A DNA stretch of 64,000 nucleotides from an uncultured delta proteobacterium (lineage in GTDB: Bacteria > Myxococcota_A > Polyangia > Polyangiales > Polyangiaceae), in assembly GCA_963716725.1 (NCBI GenBank), contig CAVQUB010000005.1:512001-576000 (forward strand), in the 5' to 3' direction. The notes below the pieces were generated by a model. It searched no databases, was not told the origin of the DNA, and saw only the letters and a list, made by a program, of their open reading frames with translations. Positions 8,631 to 20,138 of this stretch are shown in pieces. Each line of letters begins with the position of its first letter. Positions within the stretch are counted from its first letter, which is position 1. A program made the position numbers and the translations under genes.

Positions 8631-10514
8631 ATGCGCCTCACGACTTGGGCTCTCGGCATGCTGGCCTTGGCCTGCGGGGCAGCGCAGCAGCCGCCCGATC
8701 AGTCGGCGAAGGCCCCGTCGGTCTCCGTACCGCCGCCCGAGCAGGCGCCGGATCCGGAGCCTGCCGCCCCCACCGGCCCTCTGATCCTCGATGTCCGCGC
8801 CGAGCGCGCGCGCTGGCTCGACATGGAGATGCCGGAGCGCTCCGCACGGCGCCGCGCCTACGACACCCTGCTCGCGTCCGGAGATCGCGCTGCGGTCACT
8901 CGGAGCACGGTCGGAGAGTATTTCGGATTCCACGAGGCCACGGGCGTGGTCGGGCCTCTCGCGCTGCCGCGTCCGCTGAAGAAGGTGATGTTCGGGCCGG
9001 CGGACTCGGTGCTGGTCGTGACCGTTGACGGCAAGTTGCACTCGGCCATGACCGTCAAAGCGGCCATGAGCTGGCAGGGATTCGCGCCACGGACTGCGCC
9101 GGAGAAAGCCGTGAGCTGGGACTCCGCCGGCGACTATCTCGTCGCTGCGGACGACAAACAGGTCCACCTGTCACGGGACGGTGGCACCTCCTGGAAGAGC
9201 ACCAAACGCGCGCCGTGGGGCACCCCTCGCACGGTGCTCGTGCGCTCCGACGGCGTGATGGCAGTGCAAGGCGGCCCAGCGAAGGCCCCCGTCACCTTTC
9301 TTTCGCGCGACGATGGCAAGAGCTGGCAACGGTCGTCCTTCCAGCCCGAGCGAATCAGCCGGAGCGGCGCCTTCATCTGGTCCGATGTGTGGCGATGCAA
9401 CGCGGTGCTGAGCGAGAACGGCAGCACCTGGACCAAAGATCGCCTGGAGCGCACCACGCGGGCCTGGACCGAGAGCTTCCGCACGACCTCGACACCAGAG
9501 GGCGTCATCGACGGAGCCCATCGCGCGCTGGCGGACCCTCCACCTCCGCGGGTGCCGCCGGCCAAAGACCGACGCACCGGGCGCGGCTGCACGCCGCCGC
9601 CACGAGCGAAGGGCACGCCGACGAGCATGGGCATCCTCGGCGCGCTCAGCGGTGGAAGCGTGAACGGTCTCTTCGGGGCCAACGGGGCCGGACTCGGCGC
9701 CATTGGGGGGCTCGGCTCCGCCGGCGGGCTCACCGGATCCGCCTTTGGCGTTCGACCCACCGCCGAGCCAGCTTGGGGGACCTGTCGCGGCGCGAGCTGC
9801 CTGCGTCCGCCGCCGGTCGAGGCTCGAATGACCCGCACGCGCTTCGAGCTGTTCCGCGACGGTCGCTGCGCCGACTCCCGCGCAGGCCGGATGTGTCGTG
9901 AAGGTTTCGAGCGCCCGCCCCACGTTTCCATCGTCAATGAGGCGACAGGTGAACGCCGGGTCGCGGAGATCCCGGTCGGCTGCGCACCCAGGCACGTGAC
10001 CGGAGTCGCGGGGCTGGGGATTCTGAGCTGCGGCGGGCCGCAGGGACTCACGCTGCACGTCGCGGATTCGAGCGGTACGTTCAAGGAGGAGGGGTCGATC
10101 TCGGACGAGGCCATGACGAAGTGGTCGGCGAGCGTGCAAAGCGACGGGACCTTGATGTTCCACGAGGCGTGCAGCGAGCTTCGGAAGTGTCGCGCGCTGG
10201 TTCGGCGCCCCGTCGAGCCTGGGACGCGGGGCGCGTTCCGCGAGCTCAGCCACGCGAACGCTGCCGCATACCGTGCTCTCCCCGGAGGGCGCGTATTGGT
10301 GGTCTCGCGTGGCAAGTCAGAGCGCTTCGTCGACCTCTTCATGGCGGAACCGGGCAAGTCCGCCGCGGCCCTGGTGACCGGGGTCGAAGTCCCAGGCGAC
10401 CTGCTGGAGGTCCAGCTGGACGACGCCGGCCGAGTCGTCATGCGCCAGCGGCTCGACCGGAGCACGACCGAGACCTTCCTCGTGGGCGTTGACGGCAAGC
10501 GTCATCCCCCGTGA
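8631..10514 (+). CDS. Lipoprotein with BNR/Asp-box repeats
   Basis: GAGGAG before ATG 8631, lipobox ALAC, Asp-box motifs SRDGGTSW, SRDDGKSW and SENGSTW. Confidence 0.7.
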   Translation: MRLTTWALGMLALACGAAQQPPDQSAKAPSVSVPPPEQAPDPEPAAPTGPLILDVRAERARWLDMEMPERSARRRAYDTLLASGDRAAVTRSTVGEYFGFHEATGVVGPLALPRPLKKVMFGPADSVLVVTVDGKLHSAMTVKAAMSWQGFAPRTAPEKAVSWDSAGDYLVAADDKQVHLSRDGGTSWKSTKRAPWGTPRTVLVRSDGVMAVQGGPAKAPVTFLSRDDGKSWQRSSFQPERISRSGAFIWSDVWRCNAVLSENGSTWTKDRLERTTRAWTESFRTTSTPEGVIDGAHRALADPPPPRVPPAKDRRTGRGCTPPPRAKGTPTSMGILGALSGGSVNGLFGANGAGLGAIGGLGSAGGLTGSAFGVRPTAEPAWGTCRGASCLRPPPVEARMTRTRFELFRDGRCADSRAGRMCREGFERPPHVSIVNEATGERRVAEIPVGCAPRHVTGVAGLGILSCGGPQGLTLHVADSSGTFKEEGSISDEAMTKWSASVQSDGTLMFHEACSELRKCRALVRRPVEPGTRGAFRELSHANAAAYRALPGGRVLVVSRGKSERFVDLFMAEPGKSAAALVTGVEVPGDLLEVQLDDAGRVVMRQRLDRSTTETFLVGVDGKRHPP

Positions 10515-10586
10515 ATTTGCGGGGTATCTGCCCTGTCCGCCCGAGCAGGGGGCGGGAACGGGTCGAATTGGCTAAGATGGCGTCGG

Positions 10587-12092
10587 ATGGCCGGATCTCA
10601 GAGTGTCGGTCGCTATGTCCTGTACGACCAGATCGCATCTGGGGGCATGGCGACGGTCCATCTTGGACGACTGATCGGTCCCGTCGGGTTTTCTCGCGTC
10701 GTCGCGGTCAAGCGTCTGCACCCCATCTACGCGAACGATCCGGAGTTCGTCACCATGCTGCTCGACGAGGCCCGGTTCGCCTCGCGGATCAGGCATCCCA
10801 ACGTTGTTCCCATTCTGGACGTTGTCGCCTCGGACGCCGAGCTCTTGCTCGTGATGGAGTATGTGCACGGCGAGACCCTGGCGCGCCTGCTCCGGGCCGG
10901 TAGCAAAGCCGGCGAACGCATGCCGCCGGAAGTTGGAGCTGCCGTCGTGATCGACATCTTGCGCGGGCTGCATGCCGCGCACGAAGCCCCTGACGCTGCG
11001 GGGCACCCGCTTGGAATCGTCCACCGCGACGTGTCCCCGCAGAACATCTTGGTGGCCACGGACGGCTCGGCGCGCTTGCTGGATTTCGGTGTCGCCAAGG
11101 CGGCATCGCGGTCGCAGAACACCGCCGACGGGCAGCTCAAGGGCAAGCTGGGCTATTTTGCACCTGAGCAGATCGCCGGTGGCGAGGTCGATCGGCGGGT
11201 CGACATCTTCGCGGCTTCCATCGTGGCGTGGGAGTGCATTGCTGGCCGCAGGCTGTTCACCGCTGACGACATGATCGCCACCTTCGCTCAGATCGTGGAC
11301 GCGGAAGTCCCCTCGCTCCGCGGAGCGGGCTATCAGATCTCCGAAGCGCTCTCGAGGACCATTCAGCGCGGGCTGGAGAAGAACCCGGCGGATCGATTCC
11401 AGACCGCCGAAGAGATGGCACGCGAGATCGAGGCGGCGCTGCGGCCGGCTTCTCGCGAGGCGGTGCGCGCTTGGGTCGAGAAGCTCGCGGGGCCGACGCT
11501 GGCCGCGCGGCTCAAGGTCATGCAGCGAATCGAGACCGGCGACGTGGACGCGACCGTCGCGCAGGTTCCCGTGGACATCAGCCCCGATCAGTCTGGAAAA
11601 CTCCCGACCCTCAGGGCTGCGCTGGCCGCCACGCCGGGGGACGACGGAGGCACTTTTCCGGCGACGCTGGCGACGCTGTCCATCGCGTCAGCGGTGCCCC
11701 GTGGCCGCGGCTGGCGGATCGCTGCGGCCCTGGCCCTGGTGGTCGTCGTCTTCGGTGCAGGCGGCGCCTTCGCGCTCTTGAGTCGATCGGTCACGAACGA
11801 ACGCCAAGCCGGCACGCCCCTCGCCGAGGTCACGCCGCCGCCGGCAGCGCAGCCGGCCGCGACCGTGGCGCTGCCCGCAGCCGCCACGACCGCGGAGCCC
11901 GCGAGCTCGGCGGTGGAGGTCGACGCTGGAGCGCCCGTGGCTGCCACCGCGCTCGAGCTCTCGCCCCCACCGGCGACTCGCTCGACTCGACCGGTGTCCG
12001 CGGCCGCGCCCAAGAAGCCGGGCTCGGCAGCCTCCGGCGTGGCGGCTCCGTCCCCGCCGCCCCCCGTGGATCCGCTCTCGGACCAGCGTTGA
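10587..12092 (+). CDS. Membrane-anchored Hanks-type Ser/Thr protein kinase
   Basis: ASGGMATV, VAVKRL, HRDVSPQNIL, DFG and APE motifs, one TM helix, Pro/Ala-rich C-terminal tail. Confidence 0.95.
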   Translation: MAGSQSVGRYVLYDQIASGGMATVHLGRLIGPVGFSRVVAVKRLHPIYANDPEFVTMLLDEARFASRIRHPNVVPILDVVASDAELLLVMEYVHGETLARLLRAGSKAGERMPPEVGAAVVIDILRGLHAAHEAPDAAGHPLGIVHRDVSPQNILVATDGSARLLDFGVAKAASRSQNTADGQLKGKLGYFAPEQIAGGEVDRRVDIFAASIVAWECIAGRRLFTADDMIATFAQIVDAEVPSLRGAGYQISEALSRTIQRGLEKNPADRFQTAEEMAREIEAALRPASREAVRAWVEKLAGPTLAARLKVMQRIETGDVDATVAQVPVDISPDQSGKLPTLRAALAATPGDDGGTFPATLATLSIASAVPRGRGWRIAAALALVVVVFGAGGAFALLSRSVTNERQAGTPLAEVTPPPAAQPAATVALPAAATTAEPASSAVEVDAGAPVAATALELSPPPATRSTRPVSAAAPKKPGSAASGVAAPSPPPPVDPLSDQR

Positions 12093-12134
12093 GCTGGTCA
12101 GGCGAGGGACCTTGTCGCATGATCGCGCGGTCGC

Positions 12135-13103
12135 ATGCGTTCATGGCTTGCAGGGATTTCCATCGTGGCGCTCGCCGGGAGCGCGGGCGCGGACGTGAGC
12201 CCGACCCAACGCGCCCTCGCCCGGGAGCTGTTCCAGCAGGGGCGAGCGCTGATGGCCAAGAAGGACTACGTGAAGGCTTGCGCCAAGCTCGCCGAGAGCC
12301 AGCGCATCGATCCCGCAACCGGCACGCTGCTCAACCTTGCGGTGTGTCACGAAGCGGAGGGCAAGACGGCGTCGGCGTGGGCCGAGTTCAACGACGCGCT
12401 GTCGCTCTCTCGACAGGACGGTCGTAAAGATCGCGTCGAGCTCGCGACCAAGCACATCGCCAATCTGGAGCCCCGCCTGTCGCGACTCACCATCGACGTC
12501 CCCCTGGACGCACGCGTCGCCGGCCTCGAGATCAAGCTTGACGACGGCCGCGTGGGGCGCACCGCGTGGGGGACCGCGGTCCCCGTCGATCCCGGGACTC
12601 ACACGGTGCGCGCGCTGGCTGCGGGCTGGAAAGAGTGGCAGACGGAGATCACCGTCGGCGCTGACTCCGATCGACAGACCGTGTCCGTTCCGGCCCTCCA
12701 GCGGGTGCCGACGCAGGCCCGCCCGCCGCCGTCCTCTGAGAGAGCGGCCCCCAAGGACTCGGGATCGAGCTCCGGAGCGAGCCAACGCACCGCTGGCTAC
12801 GTCGTGGGCGGGGTCGGCGTCGTGGCGCTGGGAGTCGGCGCCTACTTTGGGTTGCGCGCTTACTCACGCTGGGACGAACGCAACGCACACTGCTCAGATG
12901 CCGGATGCGATCCCACGGGAGTGGCCGCCGGCGACGACGCCGGTCAAGCCGCGACCTTGGCAAACGTCGGGATCGGGCTGGGCGTCGCGGCTTTGGCGAC
13001 GGGCGCCGTCCTCGTGCTCACCGCCGGGCCCTCCGAGCGCGCGACGGCCTCAGTGACGCGGGACGGTCGCGGGTTCGTGCTGGGCTACGGCCGAGCGTTC
13101 TGA
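12135..13103 (+). CDS. Exported TPR + PEGA-like protein with Gly-rich hydrophobic helices and C-terminal Phe
   Basis: Signal peptide, TPR-like ARELFQQG...TLLNLAVC, VPVDPGTHTV, two Gly-rich helices around CSDAGC, ends GFVLGYGRAF. Confidence 0.85.
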   Translation: MRSWLAGISIVALAGSAGADVSPTQRALARELFQQGRALMAKKDYVKACAKLAESQRIDPATGTLLNLAVCHEAEGKTASAWAEFNDALSLSRQDGRKDRVELATKHIANLEPRLSRLTIDVPLDARVAGLEIKLDDGRVGRTAWGTAVPVDPGTHTVRALAAGWKEWQTEITVGADSDRQTVSVPALQRVPTQARPPPSSERAAPKDSGSSSGASQRTAGYVVGGVGVVALGVGAYFGLRAYSRWDERNAHCSDAGCDPTGVAAGDDAGQAATLANVGIGLGVAALATGAVLVLTAGPSERATASVTRDGRGFVLGYGRAF

Positions 13104-13109
13104 GGCGCG

Positions 13110-14306
13110 TCAGCAGCTGTCGTCCTTCGGATCCTTACCCGCAGCGCAGGGGCTCGGCACGAGCACGTTGGTCCAGACCTCGCCGAGCTTGGCAGCATCT
13201 CCGCGCATCTTGAAGCCGAGTGAGAAGTGATCGCAGGGCTTGGTCGGCGTTCCGAGCACGGACATGTCTGGGAAGTCACAGACGATCTGCTTGACCCCGG
13301 GGTAGAGCAGGTTGTCCGTGCACAGCGGCTTCTTGGTCACGGGATCGTCCACGGCGGAGAGCACGCCGAGCACCTCGCCGACCGCGGTGATGCCTGCCAA
13401 CACCCCGTCTTCTAGGGCCCAACTGTTGCCGGTCTTCTGGAGCTTGGCCGTGAAGAATGCGGCGGTGAAATTGATCGACTGATTCGGGGTCAGCGCGAAG
13501 ACACCGGCGGGCAGGCTGGCCGAGAGCGTGCCGTTGGTCACGTACCCAAGTTTGTCTACGTACTTCGCGTGATCGACGTCGTAGGTGGTTCCGCCGTCCG
13601 GGGCGCTGAGGGGCTGGAGCGACGTCGACAAGACCGGCCATGGGTCGCTGCCGTCCCACTTCGGCGGATTCGGATTGGTGTCGTCGAAGTCAGCGCTGGA
13701 GAACCACGTGACTTCCACCTGTGAGTCGTTGGCCTCGCCGTTGTAGTTGCGCACGCGGACCAAGATCGTGTTGGTGCCGCCTTCGATCTTCGTGCTCAGC
13801 TGCTCGGAGCTGGCATCCGTGATCTTGAAGACGTTGCGCATTTGGTGCAAAAATGCGCCAAGGGAGTTGTCCTTCCCTTCGAGCCCGTCGCAGACTGTCT
13901 CTTTGGGGGACTTGCAGCTGCCCGCGCTATCGACGCTGCAGGTGCAGAGCTTGTCGAGGTCGTAGCCGATCTTCTTCCAGGTCGGGCCGTCCGAGTCGTT
14001 CCGGTCGCCGAGATCGAGCTCGCGAATGGCGAACACCAGCTCGACCTCCGCGCCCGGACCGCTGCTCGTCGGCGGCCCCGGCGGCTGCGCCGAGTGGCAA
14101 CCCGAGTCCGCTTCGCCACCCGAACCGCCCGAGCCGCCCGAGCCGCCGCCGTCGGAGCCGCCCGAGCCGCCCGAGCCGCCGCCTCCGGAGTTCCCACCGC
14201 CGACCGACAGGGGTGGTGAGTCCTCGATCCCGACGAGGGACTGGCAGGCCGCCACGAAGCACATCGCTGCGACGCCGCACACCACCACGGGTCGAACCGT
14301 CGGCAT
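13110..14306 (-). CDS. Myxobacterial lipoprotein of unknown function
   Basis: Lipobox VAAC followed by QSLVGIED, Gly/Ser linker, GYDLDKLCTC and DGLEGKDN motifs. Confidence 0.8.
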   Translation of the reverse strand: MPTVRPVVVCGVAAMCFVAACQSLVGIEDSPPLSVGGGNSGGGGSGGSGGSDGGGSGGSGGSGGEADSGCHSAQPPGPPTSSGPGAEVELVFAIRELDLGDRNDSDGPTWKKIGYDLDKLCTCSVDSAGSCKSPKETVCDGLEGKDNSLGAFLHQMRNVFKITDASSEQLSTKIEGGTNTILVRVRNYNGEANDSQVEVTWFSSADFDDTNPNPPKWDGSDPWPVLSTSLQPLSAPDGGTTYDVDHAKYVDKLGYVTNGTLSASLPAGVFALTPNQSINFTAAFFTAKLQKTGNSWALEDGVLAGITAVGEVLGVLSAVDDPVTKKPLCTDNLLYPGVKQIVCDFPDMSVLGTPTKPCDHFSLGFKMRGDAAKLGEVWTNVLVPSPCAAGKDPKDDSC

Positions 14307-14443
14307 GGGGCCATGATAGCGCGAGCTTGCTCGCGACCCAAACGTCCAGCTCAGGTCCGGTTCGTTTGGCGGAAGGGGACCTGCCGAATGCTTCGAGATT
14401 CGCCGTCGCCCCCGCCGCCGGGCAGATCCGCTACGCTCCGGGA

Positions 14444-15580
14444 ATGTCCACTCGCTTCGTCTTCGACCGTGCTCCGGCGCGCATCTACTGGGAGACCACC
14501 CGCGCGTGTGACCTCGCGTGTCGACACTGTCGTGCGGAGGCCGCGCCGATGGCAGATCCACGGGAGCTCACGACGGAACAGGGCAAGAAGCTGCTCGCCG
14601 ACCTCGCGGCATTCGGTGCGCCGCTGCCCCACCTGGTGCTGACCGGCGGCGATCCGCTCAAGCGTGCCGACCTGTTCGAGCTGATCGCCGAGGCGCAGGC
14701 GCTGGGGCTGGCGGTCTCCGTGTCGCCGAGCGGCACGCCTCTGCTCACGGCCGACGCCATCGGGAGGCTGAAGCGAGCAGGCGTGGACGCCATCTCGCTG
14801 AGCTTGGACGGCGCGACCGCTCCGCACCACGACGACATTCGACAGGTGCCGGGCTGCTTCGAGCGGACTTTGGAGGCCGCACGCGCGGCGAGCCACGAGC
14901 AGCTGATGTTCCAAGTGAACACGCTGGTGGCCAAGGAGACCCTCGGAGATCTCGAGGCCATCTACCCGCTGGTGAAGTCCATCGGCGCTGCGCGCTGGAG
15001 TCTCTTCTTCTTGGTCACCGTCGGCCGAGGCACGGTGCTGAGTCCCATTTCAGCGGACGAGTGCGAGACGCTCTTTGGTTGGCTCGCCGACTTGCCGCGC
15101 GGCCGCGGGCTACCCATCGTGACCACCACCGAGGCGCCGCACTACCGACGCATCTTGCTGGAGCGGGTCAAGGCGCGCCCGCCGGGGACTGCACCCGCTG
15201 CCGGTGGCCATCCCGGCGGCGGTCACCCCGGCGGCGGGCACCCCCACGGCGCAGGAGCACCGGTGCCCGGTCTCGGCATCCGGGACGGCAATGGCATCAT
15301 GTTCGTCTCGAACGTCGGGGACGTTTCGCCCTCGGGGTTCTTGCCGCTCGTCGCCGGCAACGTGAAGCTGGAGAGCCCGGTGGAGATCTACCGCAGCTCG
15401 CAGATGTTCGTGGCGCTGCGCCGCGCCGAGGCATTCGAGGGCCGCTGCGGCATCTGCGAATACCGGGGTCCCTGCGGCGGTTCGCGATCCCGAGCGCTGG
15501 CCGCGACCGGCAACATGCTGGCCGAGGATCCGCTGTGTGCCTACCAGCCTCGAGTGGGTGCGGCGCTTTCGGCCGAGTGA
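14444..15580 (+). CDS. Radical SAM/SPASM protein (NirJ/AhbD-related, TIGR04053-like)
   Basis: WETTRACDLACRHCRAEA (CxxxCxxC), LTGGDPLKR, SPASM-type CGICEYRGPCGGSRSRA...EDPLC. Confidence 0.9.
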   Translation: MSTRFVFDRAPARIYWETTRACDLACRHCRAEAAPMADPRELTTEQGKKLLADLAAFGAPLPHLVLTGGDPLKRADLFELIAEAQALGLAVSVSPSGTPLLTADAIGRLKRAGVDAISLSLDGATAPHHDDIRQVPGCFERTLEAARAASHEQLMFQVNTLVAKETLGDLEAIYPLVKSIGAARWSLFFLVTVGRGTVLSPISADECETLFGWLADLPRGRGLPIVTTTEAPHYRRILLERVKARPPGTAPAAGGHPGGGHPGGGHPHGAGAPVPGLGIRDGNGIMFVSNVGDVSPSGFLPLVAGNVKLESPVEIYRSSQMFVALRRAEAFEGRCGICEYRGPCGGSRSRALAATGNMLAEDPLCAYQPRVGAALSAE

Positions 15581-17490
15581 GCGGTGTGAGGGGCTTCGTC
15601 ATCGTGACCGAGGAAGGCACCTCGAAGGGGCGTCGCTGGCTGGCTGCGCTGCTCGCGGCGTTTGCGCTCTACTTCGCGCTCTTCGCCTGGTTCGCGCCCC
15701 CGGGCGTGTTGTTCTCCAAGGATCCCGTCATCGTCGTGGACTACGCGTTGCACGCGTACCAGGTCGACCGCGCGCTGACCGCCTTTCGTGGTTCGGGTGC
15801 CCTGTGGGGCTGGGATCCACTGGTGCTCGCGGGGCATCCCGCGGGGGCCCTCGAGGATCTCACCAGCAAAGGCACCGAGCTGTTCGTGATCGGGCTGCGC
15901 GCGCTGGGAATGCACGCCGGCGTTGCCTTCAACCTCTTCATCGCCCTGGTGATGGCGCTGGTTCCCTTCGTCGGCTACGCGTCGGCGCGACTCTTCGGAC
16001 TCGATCGCCCGGCGTCCGTCGTGACCGTGCTGCTCTGGACGCTGCTCTGGTACTTCGACTCCTTTTTGCACTGGAACTGGTGGATCGGGATGATCTCCTG
16101 GTCCTTTGCGGCCTACGGGGTCGTGCTCTTCATGGCGCTCTTGCACCGCGCGCTCGAGTCGAGGCAGACCCGATGGTTCGTCGCGCTGGCGGCCCTCGCA
16201 CCTGCGCTCGCCATCGTGCACCCCTTCTCGGGGATCACGCTCTTGGTGCCCGGCGCGCTGGTCTACTTTCGGTCACGCAAGCAGCTGTCGGCGAAGCACC
16301 ACGCCCTGATTTGGCTCGTGGCTTTCGTGGGCGCGTCCACGGCCCTGGTCTGGGTCTTTCCCGCGTACCGCTTCAAGCACTACGTGACGACCGCGGATTC
16401 GTATCTCAACGCGCGCCTCGAGTATGTGTTCTACGATCTCTTCGATCTGCTCCGGAACGCCGACAACACCGGGTTGCCGGTTCGCACGGTGGTGCGGGCG
16501 CTGTGCTTCGCCGCCGGCGGCATCATGCTCTGGCGCTGGCGTGCAGCTGCCGACCGTCGCGCGCTGCCGCTCGCGTCACTCGTGCTCTGGGCCGCCGGCT
16601 ATGCGTACCTGGCGGCCTACACCAACGCCGGCCGTCAGACCCAGCCCTACCGGCAGATCGCGCCGGCGATGCTGGCAGCTGCCATCCCTGCTGCTGCGCT
16701 CTTGCGGGAGCTGTTCTCGCCCGAGTCGCTCCGCGGTCTGAACAAAACGGCACGGCTGCTCTTGATCTTGGCTGCCCTGTTGATCCTTCCGCGCTTCGGT
16801 CGCACGGTGATCTACTTCTTGCCGGATCTCCTGCCGACGCACCACAACTCGGTGGTCGCCATGAACGAGCCCAAGCCCTTCTCGTCGCGGCTCTTCAGCG
16901 CCAACGTCGAGGCGCGGGACTTGCGAGACTGGTTGCTCGCTCACGCGCAAGGACAGGGGCGCATCGCCGTGCGGGGGGCACAGCCGTCGCATTGGGTCTT
17001 GGCCGAGTACCTGGCGGCGACCACGCGCCTGCCCATCTTGGGCGGGCTCGAGCACCGCAACATTCACCACGCCGACGCGCATCTGTTTCGACGGTACCGC
17101 GCGGGCAACCCGCCGGGCGAGGAGCTCCAGCGGTTCTTCGAGACCTACGCTGTTGGTTGGGTCGTGCTCGGAGGCGAGTACGGGTCGCTCGACTACCGGC
17201 AGGAGTACATGGAGCTCGTCGCGACGGTGGCCGAACACCGCATCTACCGGGTTCGCAAGCCCCCCAGCTACTTCATGCGCGGCAGCGGCCGAGTCAGCGA
17301 GCAGGCGATGAATCGAGTGAAGGTGGAGGGAGCGGGCGGCGACGACGTGGTGCTGCGTTTCCACTGGTTCGAGCCGCTGGCCTGCCGTCCGAACTGCACG
17401 GTCGAGCGCTTTACCGTGGACGGCGACCGCGTCGGGTTCATCCGCGTTCCGAACCCGCCGTCGAACTTCGAGATCTACGTGAAGTACTGA
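15577..17490 (+). CDS. Polytopic membrane protein, probable GT-C/YfhO-like glycosyltransferase
   Basis: GTG overlaps the upstream stop. DYALHAY and WGWDPLVLAGHP in the first loop, many TM segments, C-terminal YAVGWVV domain. Start uncertain. Confidence 0.7.
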   Translation: MSGVRGFVIVTEEGTSKGRRWLAALLAAFALYFALFAWFAPPGVLFSKDPVIVVDYALHAYQVDRALTAFRGSGALWGWDPLVLAGHPAGALEDLTSKGTELFVIGLRALGMHAGVAFNLFIALVMALVPFVGYASARLFGLDRPASVVTVLLWTLLWYFDSFLHWNWWIGMISWSFAAYGVVLFMALLHRALESRQTRWFVALAALAPALAIVHPFSGITLLVPGALVYFRSRKQLSAKHHALIWLVAFVGASTALVWVFPAYRFKHYVTTADSYLNARLEYVFYDLFDLLRNADNTGLPVRTVVRALCFAAGGIMLWRWRAAADRRALPLASLVLWAAGYAYLAAYTNAGRQTQPYRQIAPAMLAAAIPAAALLRELFSPESLRGLNKTARLLLILAALLILPRFGRTVIYFLPDLLPTHHNSVVAMNEPKPFSSRLFSANVEARDLRDWLLAHAQGQGRIAVRGAQPSHWVLAEYLAATTRLPILGGLEHRNIHHADAHLFRRYRAGNPPGEELQRFFETYAVGWVVLGGEYGSLDYRQEYMELVATVAEHRIYRVRKPPSYFMRGSGRVSEQAMNRVKVEGAGGDDVVLRFHWFEPLACRPNCTVERFTVDGDRVGFIRVPNPPSNFEIYVKY

Positions 17491-17498
17491 GGGAGGCC

Positions 17499-18743
<1,245 letters not shown>

Positions 18744-18824
18744 TTCCAGGGAAAACCCTACCACGGCGAGGTCGACGGGCTCGCCTCCGCAGGTCATGGC
18801 GCCGGTGCTAGGGTTGTTGGCGCG

Positions 18825-20135
18825 ATGAAGGACCCGGGCACGGTCGCCATCAAGATGCCCGGCGCGATGCCGGTGCGCACCGTCGGCGTCCAGGTGGTGG
18901 AGGGTCCCGACCGCGGAGCCCGCTGGGAGGGCGAGCAGGGGACGCTGGGTACGGCCCCCGGGAACGACCTCGTCCTCACGGACGATACGGTCTCGGGATA
19001 CCACGTCCGTGTCTCCGCAGTTCCAGAGGGGATCCGAGTTGCGGACTTCGGCTCGACGAACGGCACCTTCCTCGGCGAAGCCCGGCTGGAAGCCGCCGTC
19101 CTGACGCCCGGGACCACGCTGCGCCTGGGGCGATCGGTGGTGAGCCTCGGCACCGGCGAGCCTTCGAGCGTGGGGCTGCACGACGAGAACCGCCTGGGCG
19201 AGGTGCGGGGAGGCTCCCGGACCATCCGTCGGTTGATGAAGGATGTTCGTCGCGTTGCCGACAGCAACGTCGCGGTGCTCCTGCTGGGCGAGTCGGGCAC
19301 GGGCAAAGAGCTGGTGGCGCGGGCGATCCACGCCGAGGGAGCACGCGCTGACCGTCCTTTCGTGACCATCGATTGTGGCTCGCTCACACCCAGTCTGGTC
19401 GCGAGCGAGCTCTTCGGGCACGAGCGCGGCGCATTCACCGGAGCACACCGAACGCGGCACGGCGCGTTCGAGCACGCCAACGGCGGTACACTGTTTCTGG
19501 ACGAGGTCGGTGAATTGCCACCGGAGCTGCAGACCACCTTGCTCGGTGCCATCGAGCGTCGGCGATTCTGCCGTGTGGGCGGCCACGAGGAGATCGCCGT
19601 CGACGTCCGTGTCGTGGCCGCCACCAACCGTGATCTGCGCAGCGAGGTCAACGCCGGGTCATTTCGCCTGGATCTCTACTATCGCCTCGCCGTGGTCACG
19701 CTCGAAGTGCCGCCGCTGCGCGACCGGACCGAAGACATCCCCGGCCTGGTCGAGCACTTCTTGGAAGAGGAGGGGTTCGGGGGGCGAGCTGGCGAGCTCG
19801 TTCCGGCGGCAGTCATGCAGCGACTGAAGCAACATCGCTGGCCCGGCAACGTTCGCGAGCTGAAGAACTTCGTTCAAGCCACGCTCGCGATGGGAGAGCC
19901 CGTCGCGCTCCACGATGCGCTCGAGGCTCCCCGGGTCGAGCTTGCGTCGATGCTCGAGCGCTTTCTCCCGCTCCCCTACGCCGAGGCTCGGGCCAAGCTC
20001 GTGGCCGAGTTCGAGGCCGTCTACGTGCGGCGTTTGCTCGAGCAGAACGACGGCAACGTCGCGCGGGCTGCCCGCAATGCCCAAGTCGCACGTTCGCATT
20101 TGAACGAACTCCTGCGCCGTCACGGGCTCCGCTGA
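18825..20135 (+). CDS. FHA-domain sigma54-dependent enhancer-binding protein
   Basis: FHA (VSGYH...DFGSTNGT), Walker [33 protein letters not shown] and a Fis-type HTH. Confidence 0.95.
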   Translation: MKDPGTVAIKMPGAMPVRTVGVQVVEGPDRGARWEGEQGTLGTAPGNDLVLTDDTVSGYHVRVSAVPEGIRVADFGSTNGTFLGEARLEAAVLTPGTTLRLGRSVVSLGTGEPSSVGLHDENRLGEVRGGSRTIRRLMKDVRRVADSNVAVLLLGESGTGKELVARAIHAEGARADRPFVTIDCGSLTPSLVASELFGHERGAFTGAHRTRHGAFEHANGGTLFLDEVGELPPELQTTLLGAIERRRFCRVGGHEEIAVDVRVVAATNRDLRSEVNAGSFRLDLYYRLAVVTLEVPPLRDRTEDIPGLVEHFLEEEGFGGRAGELVPAAVMQRLKQHRWPGNVRELKNFVQATLAMGEPVALHDALEAPRVELASMLERFLPLPYAEARAKLVAEFEAVYVRRLLEQNDGNVARAARNAQVARSHLNELLRRHGLR

Positions 20136-20138
20136 GCA

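Noticed and set aside
14518..15576. 990-aa N-terminally extended membrane protein, and similar extensions of the ORFs at 41136, 45699 and 17943
   Set aside because: The extensions overlap other well-supported genes. Internal starts give normal domain boundaries.
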